A stretch of 29,024 nt of DNA. Source: Octopus sinensis (Eukaryota). The position numbers and the translations under genes were made by a program. Below are positions 1-11,945 of this stretch, in pieces. Positions within the stretch are counted from its first letter, which is position 1, and each line of letters begins with the position of its first letter. The stretch is taken from contig NW_021833489.1 in assembly GCF_006345805.1 (NCBI RefSeq), forward strand, positions 1 to 29,024, in the 5' to 3' direction. The notes beneath the pieces were generated by a model. It saw only the letters and a program-made list of their open reading frames with translations. It ran no database searches and had not been told where the DNA came from.

Positions 1-988
1 GATTTTCAATACCTCGTTGGTAGAAATCACCCGATTTCGACTCGAAGAATTGATCCAACCAAGCTCTCAATTCTGCATCAGTATTGAACGAAACTCCACG
101 CATAGCATTTGAAAGAGATCGAAATAGATAGAAATCTGTTGGTGCCAAATCAGGAGAGTACGGCGGGTGTGGCAGCACTTCCCAGCTATGCGTTTGAATG
201 GCTCCCTTGGTCATATTGGCGATATGAGGGCGGGCGTTGTCATGCATCAGAACTCCATGCTGCCGATGAGGCCTTTTCCCTTGAATAGCCGTGTTGAGTC
301 GTTCCCTCTCTTGAACATAGAGTTCCGAGTTGGCCGTTTGGTTCCGTTCAAGCAATTCGTAATGGATAATCCTTTCCTAGTCCCACCATACGCACAACAT
401 CGTTTTACGCGAACGAAGATGTTGTTTATCGCGCGGTGTCGCTTGTTTACCGAGGCTATGCCATTTCTTATGCTGCTTCATATTGATGTACAGGCACCAT
501 TTTTCATCGCCAGTAGCGATTCGGTAAATAAATCGTTGCTTGTGCCCATGAGTTGAGCGGTGACGAGCAAGCAAACCAGCGGAGATCGTGGCTCGTTGAT
601 TTTTGTTGTTGTCACTTAAAGAAAGCTGAAGCCATGCTCCATACATCTGAAGCTTTCCCATCGAGTGAAGATGCTTATCTATAGCAGTGTGGGAGCACTC
701 CATTTTCTCTGCCAGTTCCCTTGTCATTTGACGAGAATTTTCGTGCAAAAGTTGGTTTAATCGCTCTTCATCGAACTCAACTGGACGGCCAGAACGAGGT
801 GCGTCTTTGATGTCAAAATTTCCATTTTTGAATTTGGCATACCAATCACGAGTGGTTCTTTCAGCTATGGCACCCTCTCCATACACTGTACAAATGTCGC
901 GAGCAGCTTTTGCGCCCTTAGAACCTTGATTAAAAGCAAAAAGAAGGAGGTGTCGAAAATGCTCGTTTTTCTTAATTTGACATTCCAT
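1..988 (-). pseudogene. Mariner transposase with one in-frame stop (377-379)
   Basis: ATG at 988. HTH region (HFRHLLLFAF...RSGRP), TGDEKW, then WWD*. The same frame continues with MHDNARPH and HPPYSPDLAPTD, with 34 residues between the 2nd and 3rd Asp. The WVPHEL motif is degraded to WLQLSL. Confidence 0.92.
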
Positions 989-1119
989 AAACAAAAATTA
1001 ACTAAAATTAACTAGAACAAAAAAAAAAGATTCCAAATTTATTCAAAAATAGAATTCTCGAAAAAAAAATTGATTCCAAAATTTAAAGAAATGGCAGGAA
1101 CTTAGTTATCAACCCAATA
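1..1119 (-). mobile_element. Tc1/mariner DNA transposon (mariner, DD34D), 3' end cut by the window edge
   Basis: Minus strand starts TA|TTGGGTTGATAACTAAGTTCCTGCC, a mariner-type TIR with TA target site at 1118-1119, followed by a transposase frame. Confidence 0.93.
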
Positions 1120-1169
1120 TACATACATATATATTTTTTTCTATATTCTACCTTCCATTCTGTATTTTC

Positions 1170-1428
1170 CCTGTGCGTATATAGACGTGTGTATGGAATC
1201 CTTTGTGCGCGCGTGTGGATGTGTGCGTGTTGTGCGGGTATGTGCGTATATAGCTGTGTTCATGTGTGCGTGCATGCGAGTATGTGCGTATATAGACGTG
1301 TTTTACTCATTGTTTTTTTACACATTTTCCTGTATTTTTGCCTTTAGCCCTGTTTTTTCATGTGTATAGGTGCATATAGTCGTGTGTATGAACTTTTTTG
1401 TGCGCACGTGTGTGTGTGCGTATATAGA
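1170..1428. repeat. Degenerate TG-rich tandem repeat containing GTGCGTATATAGA(C) units
   Basis: The tgtgcgtatatag motif recurs near 1173, 1241, 1283 and 1415, and again after the LINE at 2291. Confidence 0.6.
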
Positions 1429-2289
1429 GAATTCATAGGATGTGTGCAAGCAGGGAGGATGTTCAGGTGGCTCTCGAAAGGGTTCAAACGTCAGCAACCG
1501 CGGTTGGTCTCCGAACCAATGCCGCCAAGTCGAAGGTGATGAGGTCATTGGTTCCGACTGACATCTGGCAGCCAATATCTCTCGCGGGTGAGGACCTGGA
1601 GGATGTCGAGTCTTTCGTCTACTTGGGCTCAACGGTGATCCCAAACGGTCAGGGTGCTGCTAAGGTCGATCATCGCATCAATGCTGCTCGATCTGCCTTT
1701 GGACGCCTAAAGCGGTGTCTGTGGGACCGAAGGGAGATCTCATCGGTGACCAAAGGGCGAATATATCAGGCCGTCGTTCGTACAGTACTTCTACATGGCT
1801 GTGAAACGTGATCTATGCGGGTGGTCGATCAACGAAGGCTAGAAGTCTTCGACAATGACTGCTTCCGGTGCATTCTTCGCTGCCGTCGGGTGGATCGTGT
1901 TCCCACCGCCAATCTTCGACTTCGCCTATCCCTGCGGCCCCTTTCATCTGTCCTTCTGCAATGGCGCTTGCGGTGGTTTGGCCATGCATGTAGGCGTCCG
2001 GTGGGTGAACCGAGTCGTGATGTCCTTCTCCCAACTCCACTTCCCAACTGGCGGAAACGCGCGAGCGGGCAGCTGAAGACCTGGGCTACGACGATCAAGG
2101 AGGACCTCTCCGTGCTCACGGGTCCGCAGGTGGTCGGCCTGCGGCGATGGAACAGTGACTGGTCCGCTATCTCCAGTGAACTGGCGCAGGACTGTCGTGC
2201 GTGGGCTGCCATGGTTCGAGATGCCTCGAGGGTGCTAGAAGTCGACTCAACCAGCCCAGGGTGAATGTCGCCACAAGTACAAGTAAGTA
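1429..2289 (+). mobile_element. 5'-truncated RTE-clade LINE (RT C-terminal part plus 3' tail), pseudogenised
   Basis: Same-frame ORFs 1440-1811 and 1815-2264 are split by one TGA. Motifs GLRTNAAKSKVM, VESFVYLGS, RINAARSAF, LLHGCET, RLRWFGH. The 3' tail is CAAGTACAAGTAAGTA. Candidate 15-bp TSD GTGTGCGTATATAGA at 1414-1428 and 2290-2304. Confidence 0.9.
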
Positions 2290-2376
2290 GTGTGCGTATA
2301 TAGACGTGTGCGAGTATGCTTGTATATAGGCGCGTGTGTGTGCGTGCATATATATATATATATATATATATACGTA

Positions 2377-2430
2377 TAACTTTCTAAGTGCAATCCCATG
2401 GTCATTCATGACGGAAGGGGGTCTCAGCAT
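2377..2430 (+). mobile_element. Isolated 3' tail of the SINE family seen at 4717-5054
   Basis: Reverse complement of 4717-4769 apart from a 1-base indel. Confidence 0.8.
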
Positions 2431-3570
<1,140 letters not shown>

Positions 3571-3903
3571 AAATCCTAAATCCTTAAAAATGTTTTTAGC
3601 CCTAAAGCCGCGGCCATCTGGGCACCACCGTAATGAGCCACACTAGTTTGTGAATCCACCTCTGATACGTGGCACTTGATCAACAAGGGAGTTCGATGCT
3701 GCTGCCCGCATCCGTTCTCCGTCGTGAGGTAGGTTCATCTGGGACTCCCAACAAGAAAGATCCAGTTTAGTTTAAAGAACCCACATCCCACCATGTAAGT
3801 CTCTCAGGCATTTAGGGAGGATGTTGAAAATCTGTGGTCCTCTGAAACCCAAGCTGTTTGCAGTATCTGGACCTGTATTTTGATGGTGATGTTGGAATCC
3901 TGG
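3571..3903 (-). mobile_element. 3' end of a CR1-group LINE (C-terminal ORF2 remnant plus 3'UTR)
   Basis: Minus-strand translation with frameshifts gives [23 protein letters not shown]...KLDL...VPDEP...AAASNSLVDQ, typical of CR1-group C-termini. The tail is GGTGGTGCCCAGATGGCCGCGG...AAACA. Confidence 0.7.
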
Positions 3904-4227
3904 TATATATATATATATATATATTATACGTATATATATATATATATATATATACGTATATAATACTATATATATACGTATATATATATTTACTAGATCT
4001 ATACGTTCTATATATATCCTATATTATATATACGTCTATTATAATATATATATCGATATATATATATATACGTATATATATTATATATATATATATAATA
4101 TATATACGTATATATATATATATATATATATATATACTCGTATATCTATATATATTATATATATATATATACGTCTATATATATATTATATATATATATA
4201 CGTATATATATATTTATAGATAGCGTA

Positions 4228-4270
<43 letters not shown>

Positions 4271-4345
4271 ATATATATATATATTATATATATCTACGTA
4301 TATATTATATATGTATATGTATATATATATATATCTCTATATACG

Positions 4346-4400
<55 letters not shown>

Positions 4401-4436
4401 ACGTTATATATATAGATATATATAATATATGTATAC

Positions 4437-4468
<32 letters not shown>

Positions 4469-4560
4469 CGTATATATATACGTATATATATATATATCTA
4501 ATATATATATATACGTATATATATATACGTATATATATATACGTATATCTATATACGTAT

Positions 4561-4592
<32 letters not shown>

Positions 4593-4594
4593 CG

Positions 4595-4625
<31 letters not shown>

Positions 4626-4627
4626 CG

Positions 4628-4658
<31 letters not shown>

Positions 4659-4678
4659 CGTATATATATATATATATA

Positions 4679-4716
<38 letters not shown>
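3904..4716. repeat. (TA)n microsatellite with TACGTA interruptions
   Basis: Directly visible. Confidence 0.97.
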
Positions 4717-4720
<4 letters not shown>

Positions 4721-5054
4721 TGAACCCCCTTCCGTCATGAATGACCATGGGATTGCACTTAGAAAGTTACCCTTTCAGGCACAAATCTGGGCATAGGTTG
4801 CTTATGGAAGACCACCATTCGGCCATGCATACCGGCCTCTCCTCTCCACGTCACCAGTGTTATCCAAAGGAAAGGCAAAGGCTGATACACTTGGCACCTG
4901 TGACGTCGCAACTCATTTCTACAGCTGAGTGAACTGGAGCCACATAAAATAAACTATCTTGCTCAAGAACACAACACGCAACCCGGTCCAGGATTCGAAC
5001 TCACAACATCACGATCCTAAGCTCGACGCTCCAACCGCTGAGCCATGCGCCTCA
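4717..5054 (-). mobile_element. tRNA-derived SINE, apparently full length
   Basis: Pol III A box TGGCTCAGCGG (5045-5035) and B box GTTCGAATCC (5000-4991). Central GTGTTCTTGAGCAAGA...CCAGTTCACTCAGCTGTAGAAATGAGT segment. The tail runs into (TA)n. Confidence 0.88.
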
Positions 5055-5065
5055 CATATATAATG

Positions 5066-5220
<155 letters not shown>

Positions 5221-5308
5221 GTAGGGAATATAATTCCAAACTTAAGGGGAAAATCCAATTTAGCAATTCTAAATCAATTTCACAATATATACATATATAT
5301 ATTATATG

Positions 5309-5851
5309 CTAGCAGCTAAGCTCAGTTTCACCGGTCGTTTGGATGATGTGGCTGAAAAACCTGCTCTGTGTAAGTCTTTGACTTGTTTGGGTATTTATTT
5401 TATCTAGTTTCAGCTCATAATTTTAGAATGACTTTTTTCCTGTCAAAATGCTAAAAGTAAATGACCAACAAAAAAAAAAACGAACTACGATTCAACCAAA
5501 TCAAAAGATAAATCCAAATACTGAGCCAACAAAGTTGAACCATCCTTCTTCTATTGCGCGCGCACACAAAAACACACGCACACACACATTCACATACCTC
5601 CGGTTACATACACACACATACATTCAGACAGAGATTAAATGCTGTTTGATTTATTTTTTCAGCGTACTGTTTTCATCATCCCACTACTAAGTATGACATC
5701 ACCCCTTCCTTCCTTATTCCTCTATCACCTCTTCTTTCCTCATTCATTTATCATCCCTTCCTTCCTTATTCTTCTATCACCCCTTCCTTCCTTATTCCTC
5801 TATCACCCCTTTCTTTCTCATTCATAAACGCAAGAGTATGATTATAGTAGA
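5309..5851 (-). mobile_element. Non-autonomous Helitron-like element
   Basis: Minus strand begins A|TCTACTATAAT and ends GACCGGTGAAACTGAGC-TTAGCTGCTAG (decayed subterminal hairpin plus CTAG). It has an internal tandem CTTCCTTCCTTATTCCTCTATCACC repeat at ~5700-5810. The 3' flank is C rather than the expected T. Confidence 0.6.
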
Positions 5852-6016
5852 TTATATCAGTAACCATGGGAGCTACGAAAATAATACAAAGCCCAGCAAC
5901 ACCACCGGATCATTCTACACATCTGTATAATTTTCCGTGTTATTCCACTCAGCAGTTTCACCGTAAGTCCCAAGACAAGAAAGAATCGCTCAAGTCAAAT
6001 TTATATATATATATAT

Positions 6017-6036
6017 ATGTGTGTGTGTGTGAGTGG

Positions 6037-6101
<65 letters not shown>
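6017..6101. repeat. (TG)n microsatellite
   Basis: Directly visible. Confidence 0.95.
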
Positions 6102-6103
<2 letters not shown>

Positions 6104-6297
6104 GTCTCTCTTGAGTGCTACTGGTACCATGTAGTCCAGTACAACCTGTTCCATGGTCAGGTCGTCGGTGACTAAATTGGCAACCCTACCAGGCTTGCTT
6201 GGTGAAGTGGGTGCTTGTTGAACACCCTGCGGGACAAAAAAATAAGATCCATCAAAGGGCGGAGGGACTACAAAGTAGTCAACGGCCATTCAACTAC
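6102..6297 (+). mobile_element. RTE 5'-leader module, homologous to 26470-26662 (minus)
   Basis: Collinear with the reverse complement of the 5' end of the RTE at 23914-26662: GAGTGCTACTGGTA..GGTCGTCGG.GACTAAA..GGCAAC..CTTGCTTGGTGA..ACACCCTGCGGGA..AAAGGGCGGAGG. Confidence 0.8.
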
Positions 6298-6549
6298 GTG
6301 TGTTTGTCGAGTGTTTGTGAGTGTGTATTGTATATATTGCATTTTAGGTGCTCTCTCTCTCTCTCTCTCTCTTCTTCTTCTCTCTCTCTCTCTCTGTATG
6401 TTTAATACTGTATTTCAGCATGTGTGTGTACATATTGTGTTTTTAAATTGTATATATTGTATGTCAATCTTATTTTTAACTTCACTCAGTCATCTCAATT
6501 TTTAATTTGTATCTATTTCTCTTATTTTAATTTTTTTTAAATAAATAAA

Positions 6550-8305
6550 TGAGGGGTGGATAGAGTTCCTCTGTTTTTCCAAGGCATGGCGAAATCAGTC
6601 TAAGAGAAATTAACTCTGAATTTAAATACTTCACTGCTGTCTTGTAGTTAGCCTTTAGTTGGGGAAAGACTCGGAGAAGGACACTCGGATATAAAACCTA
6701 CGACTACAAATGCACCCAATGATGTCAACTTGCTCTTCTTTTTTGGATCATGATTTTTAGTTTAGAAACTGGGAATGATTGCTGTGCAAAACTTTTCCTC
6801 ACTTTAAAAAGTGTCAAGCACAGGTATTGCTGGAGAGGAAAAAGAAATGGACATCTTGTATGTATATGGCCGGCCGAAGCTTAAAAAAGGCAAATCCAAA
6901 CAATGGAAGTTGATATTGATAAAGAAGTGAATGGCAAAAAAGACTCTGGAACATTTTGTTCTGTGGTCTGGCCCGACAGGTGTCCCAGGGCACCACAGCA
7001 TGGATCCGGTCGCCATCCTGCAACTGTGAGTAAATTCAAGTTAAGATGCAAACCTATGAATATAGGATGTTGGAATGTTCGCACGTTATTAGACAATGAT
7101 TGTCTGAAATCTTGTCCAGAGAGAAGATCCGCGCTTGTTTCAAAAGAGGTACAGCGATATGATATGGATGTTGTAGCGTTAGTCGAAACAAGAATTCATG
7201 GAAAGGGGAATTTCATAGAAATCTGCTGGGTATCATTTATTTAGGAACAGTAGAGAGGAGACCTGTAAGAGAATCAGGAGTGGGATTTGCTATCAAAACC
7301 ACTCTGGTTTCAAAACTTGAGGATCTACCAGGTGGTCATCCTTTCTTGAAAAAAGTTTATGGACCAGATTCATCAAAGGTTGTGCCACTTCGGAGCAAGA
7401 ATGGCACAGAATTATTAACAAATCCTAAAGATATTATTGGGAGATGGAAAGAACATTTTGATGAGTTGCTCAATAGACTCACTGAAGTTGATCTCTCTTT
7501 TCTTGATAATATACTCGAGAGACCAATAAAACATCTTATAGCAGAAGTTCCAAACTTGCAATCAGGAAATTGAACAATGGAAAGGCTCCTGATATGGATG
7601 GACTAGGTGCAGAGATATATAAATATGGTGGTGATCATCTTTGTGCAATGTTGACGATTGTGATTCAGAAGGTTTGGCAAAGTGAAGAGGTTCCTCCGGA
7701 TTGGCGTGATGCAACTATAGAGATACTATATAAATCTAAAGGTGGAAAGGATGTCTGTGATAATTATCGCGGCATCTGTCTGTTAACTGCTGCTGGAAAG
7801 GTCCTCTGTAGGGTAATGCTGGATAGATTGCTTCTGTACATTGCTGATGAGGTTCTACCAGAATCGCAATGTGGGTTGAGGGATAGAAGGAGTACTATGG
7901 ATATGATATTTTTGGCTAGACATTTGCAAGAGAAGTGCATTGAACAGGATGTGGACTTATACCAGGTTTTCATTGACCTAACAAAAGCGTTTGATTCTAT
8001 CAATAGAATTGCTCTTTGGGAGATCCTAAAAATGCTAGGATACCCTGAAAAATTTGTGAGAATGCTTAGATAATTTCATGACAAGATAGAAGTGAGAGTT
8101 AATGTTAGAGGTACCTTATCAGATCTAATTTCTGTATAAAATGATGTAAAGCAAGGTAATATTCCTGCTCCTACACTATTTGCTATATATTTTGCGATAG
8201 TTTTTCAAATAGCTGTATACAGATGATTGTGACCTGTTCGCACATTCTCAGAAAGATATGCAGCTGAATGCGATTTCTGCAGCATTTGCAGCATTGGGTC
8301 TAACA
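6550..8305 (+). mobile_element. Degenerate, internally deleted RTE-clade LINE (APE endonuclease N-terminal half plus partial RT)
   Basis: NIGCWNVRTL, DVVALVETR, GFAIK (endonuclease). GKAPDMDG, NYRGICLL, PESQCG, FIDLTKAFD, KQGN..APTLF, YTDD (RT). Frameshifts, stops and at least two internal deletions. Confidence 0.92.
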
Positions 8306-8337
8306 AGTAAAACAATAAAAAACTATGCGATTTTAAT

Positions 8338-8366
8338 CCCGAGCAACGCCGGGTATCTCTGCTAGT
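8338..8366 (+). mobile_element. Helitron 3' terminus (hairpin plus CTAG|T)
   Basis: CCCGAGCAACGCCGGG hairpin, 8-nt spacer, then CTAG (8362-8365) followed by T. Confidence 0.65.
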
Positions 8367-8392
8367 ATATATATATATATATATAATATATA

Positions 8393-8459
<67 letters not shown>

Positions 8460-8460
8460 T
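8367..8460. repeat. (TA)n(GA)n compound microsatellite
   Basis: Directly visible. Confidence 0.95.
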
Positions 8461-8520
8461 AAAGAGACGTTTTTATATATTCATATACATACATATAAAC
8501 TTATATGTATATCTTTTTGT

Positions 8521-8556
8521 TTTACTTCTTTCAGTCGTTAGACTGCAGCCATGCTG
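8521..8556 (-). mobile_element. SINE 3' tail fragment
   Basis: Minus strand CAGCATGGCTGCAGTCTAACGACTGAAAGAAGTAAA matches the tail of the SINE at 12768-13170. Confidence 0.7.
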
Positions 8557-8579
8557 TATATACATATGTAGATATACAG

Positions 8580-8650
<71 letters not shown>

Positions 8651-8854
8651 CATACATGTGTGTGTATATATGGATTATAATTATTATTTCTATATTTATC
8701 CTACGTTATATTGGTGCCGATCGGTACAACCCCATAAAACCGCTATTGCTAGTTGGTATCATTAGGCTATAACTGACAAAATAAAATAAGAGCTTTTATA
8801 AGCGTACCCAAAAACGTTTCCCATAAACGAACTTAAAGTAGATATATACATAGA

Positions 8855-8865
8855 TGTGTGTGTGT

Positions 8866-8914
<49 letters not shown>
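8855..8914. repeat. (TG)n microsatellite
   Basis: Directly visible. Confidence 0.95.
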
Positions 8915-8915
<1 letters not shown>

Positions 8916-8933
8916 ACACAAGCACACATACAT

Positions 8934-9618
8934 ACTGTGGCTAAGGCACGGTATAATGAGATTTGTCGAAAGGATACCTCCGAGGACAAAGAAATAAGAA
9001 CCCACAGTATGGTTGAAGCCATAGCCATTCATAAAAAGTGCCGGTGAAATGTCCCAGTGGAAACCTTAGAAAAGACTAAACACAATAGACCTGGCATAGT
9101 AATTTGGGATGTAGAAAAGAAACTGTGTACAGATGAGGAAATCAGCTGCTCAAAGGATGACAACATAAAGTTAAAGATCAGCAAAAAAGAAAATACCTGC
9201 GCTGAACTATTGAGAAATCTATAGTTATTCTATCAAGATTACAAGTTCGGGTTTATGCATGTATTTTGGGGGTTACAGGGATATGTAACACACTGCCTAA
9301 ATACCAATATTGAGAAATGAGGCTTCTCAAAACCAGAAAGGAGAAAGCTGATTCGAAGACTACAGATCCAATAGATCATTGGAACTGTAAAAATTTGCAT
9401 AACTTCTCGGAAGTTTCTCATTGAAGTATATATGAGCATGTCTAGATATGCAAGTATATGCATGGGAATACATACATAAAACAAAACATACAAATCTTCC
9501 CATATACATACATACTCTGATGTTGATTTTGAAATTCCAATAAAGGAGCCTCGGATCTAGGTTAGAAACCGACTCTTTCACTACTGGCAAGCTATCTTGA
9601 AATAAAACTGAATAATGA
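8934..9618 (+). mobile_element. 3' fragment of an R4/Dong-like non-LTR retrotransposon (restriction-like endonuclease domain plus 3'UTR), decayed
   Basis: Translation through stops reads TVAKARYNEI...KHNRPGIVIWDVEKKLCTDEEISCSKDDNIKLKISKKENTCAELLRNL, the HNRPD...E.SC..D.N...K...K pattern of restriction-like endonucleases. It ends AATAAAACTGAATAATGA before (CATA)n. Confidence 0.78.
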
Positions 9619-9619
9619 T

Positions 9620-9671
9620 TTACATACATAGATACATGTATACAGACAGACAGACAGACATACATACATTC

Positions 9672-9702
<31 letters not shown>

Positions 9703-9726
9703 CATACATACATACATACATACATC
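9620..9726. repeat. (CATA)n/(CAGA)n microsatellite
   Basis: Directly visible. Confidence 0.93.
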
Positions 9727-10004
9727 ATGTTTACTACTTACAGAAACGTGACAAGTCATTTCCTGACATAAAATATTATATGATTTGTATAGTGTATAGC
9801 GTGGCCTTAAACATAGCTCATTGTTTATGATAGAGGATATGTCGCAGCTGCGAATTTTAGACTTATTGTTGGGGGACTATCATGATCCTCGCTGTTGGAG
9901 GAATTCTGATCGTGAATGTTTAGTGTCTGTGTACGTGGATGTGTGTGTGGGGGGGTGTACTGTATGTATTGATCTTTCTATCTGCCTGTCTGTCAATCCC
10001 CTCG

Positions 10005-10046
<42 letters not shown>

Positions 10047-10088
10047 CCTGCATACACCCACATATATACAAGTATGTATATATGTATA

Positions 10089-10769
10089 CGGGATGCATTC
10101 CAGAAGTTTTGAAACTTTTTTTTTATATGAGGCAGTTATAACAGTCCTAGACTATTGTAATTTTAGTGTATTATAACTATATATCTAGAAAGCTGACCTG
10201 CCAACTTTTGTTTTAGATTACAGGAAACGGCTGCATCAGCACGTTGGACTCTACTTAGCCACGCTTGTCGCAGCCGACAAGTTTGCAGAATGCAATCAGG
10301 ACGTGAAAACAATTTGGAAGTTCGTTAGGCAATAAAGTTTTGCGTTAAACTGGGAAAAATCGCGACAAAAATTTATGAAGTGCTCCAGACTGTGCTAATG
10401 GATTCACTTGTATGAAGCAAGTAGCTGTTTTTAGCTGACATAAAAAGCAAAGCAAGCCCACCGGAAGATACGTGATGATCCATTTTATTTTACAGCAAGG
10501 GCATCATGTACATCCACTGGGTTTCCTCTAGCCTGTTGGTCAACAAAGAAATGTTTCTTGGAGTTTTTGAGGGAGTTCAGGAAACGATTTCATCGCAAAT
10601 AGCCAGAGCTCTTCTACTCGGGTGGATGGCACTTGCACGAGGACAAAGCACCAGTCTACAATTCCATCCTAGTATCCAACTACTTCAGAGATATGAGTAT
10701 CAAAAGTGTCATCTTCCTTAAAGCCACTTTTCTTCTGAAAAAGTCTAAAAGTCTCTGGAATGTACCATG
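10089..10769 (+). mobile_element. Internally deleted mariner with both diverged TIRs
   Basis: Left TA|CGGGATGCATTCCAGAAGTTTTGAAACTTTT versus right reverse complement CATGGTACATTCCAGAGACTTTTAGACTTTT. Remnants include MQSGRENNLEVR*AIKFCVKLGK and FYSKGIMYIHWV...WHLHEDKAPVYNS (HxDNAP-like). Confidence 0.82.
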
Positions 10770-10779
10770 CATATGTTTG

Positions 10780-10830
10780 TATATGTATGTGTGTTTATGT
10801 ATCTGTATGCTTATATATGTGTGTGTGTTG

Positions 10831-10869
<39 letters not shown>

Positions 10870-11030
10870 ATGTATGGATGGATGGATGGATGGATGGATG
10901 TGTGTATAGAGAGAGAGAAAGAAAGAAAGAAAGAAACAGAGATAGAGAGATAGACAGAGTGAGATAGATAGAAAGACATATATACACGCGAATATGTGTA
11001 TATATGTGTGCGTGCGTGTACGTATGTATG
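10780..11030. repeat. Compound microsatellite (TG/TATG/GATG/GAAA/GATA)
   Basis: Directly visible. Confidence 0.9.
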
Positions 11031-11529
11031 AACAAAATTATCCGCTAGGTTATTTCTAATCTACTTGGTTGTTGATTTAATATGATATGAAGTTAATTAA
11101 AAACTAAAGTTTTAAAGTAGCAAATGAGCCAAGTGGCTGTGCGTTATGGTATTGAAATGAAGAGCAGTCTAAGACGCCTGGGGTTAAATAGCAACAAAAA
11201 CGTCACCGCAATCATTATCACCACCAATAGGAAAAAGAATCTGTGACACACTGGATAAGGCCTCGACTTTTGGAGCCGAAGATTGCTCCTTAAGTGCTCA
11301 TCTGGGTCGCAGCTAACTCACTTTCTCTTGTACTTGTGTTATTTTTTCCCGGCAAGTTGTTGCATATAATATCGTTATTATTAATAAGATCGTTATTATT
11401 ACTGGGGTTTTTTCCAGGAACAAGCCATTACTTTATTCAAGAAGGAGATCAACAACAATAACAACAACAACAAAATATCAACAGCAGCAGCAGCAACAAC
11501 AAATCAAATGTATAAAAGATGCACTTTAC

Positions 11530-11598
11530 CTTCTCCTTTCGGCCATCCAACTCCAGGTGTATGACACGTGAAGTGTCCATTGAGGAACTAGCCCCCAT
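11530..11598 (-). CDS. PDE9: First coding exon of a PDE9-like cGMP-specific phosphodiesterase (MGASSSMDTSRVIHLELDGRKEK)
   Basis: ATG in GAAAATGG context, 23 codons, phase-0 donor AAG|GTAAAG. It aligns without gaps to the human PDE9A N-terminus as I recall it ([23 protein letters not shown], also 23 aa before the first intron). It carries an MGxxxS myristoylation motif and lies in one of the few TE-free stretches. Confidence 0.85.
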
Positions 11599-11945
11599 TT
11601 TCGTCAAGTACTCATATGTAAACGCGTGTCTATGAATGTATAAATGTGTGTGTGTGTGTGTGTTTCGAATGGGAACCGAAGCCAAATAAAAAACCACGAT
11701 AGTGACGACACGCAGTTAAAGCGACCCTCACTTCACTATCTCCCGTAGATTTGTTTTGCCTTCTTATAAGTATTTGTTGGTGTCGTTCGGTCTTGTTTTA
11801 CTTGTTTTATGTCCGTTAAATAGTCCGCTTTTCTTCCTGATTCTTTCTGAAATTCTTATGTTTATTAATTTAATGATTTCTATTTTTTTCTTATTTTATT
11901 CATCGATTGTTTTCTACTCCCATTTGTTTGTCTGAATTACGAGTA
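11599..11945 (-). promoter_or_regulatory. Probable 5'UTR/proximal promoter of the PDE9-like gene
   Basis: Unique sequence directly upstream of the ATG, containing a (CA)n run and a 3-codon uORF at 11615-11604. The TSS cannot be located from sequence. Confidence 0.4.

Noticed and set aside
167-556. 129-aa plus-strand ORF (and similar antisense ORFs over the LINEs)
   Set aside because: It is an antisense shadow of the transposase or RT coding sequence.
4960-5054. tRNA gene
   Set aside because: A and B boxes are present but run into a SINE body and tail, with no complete cloverleaf.
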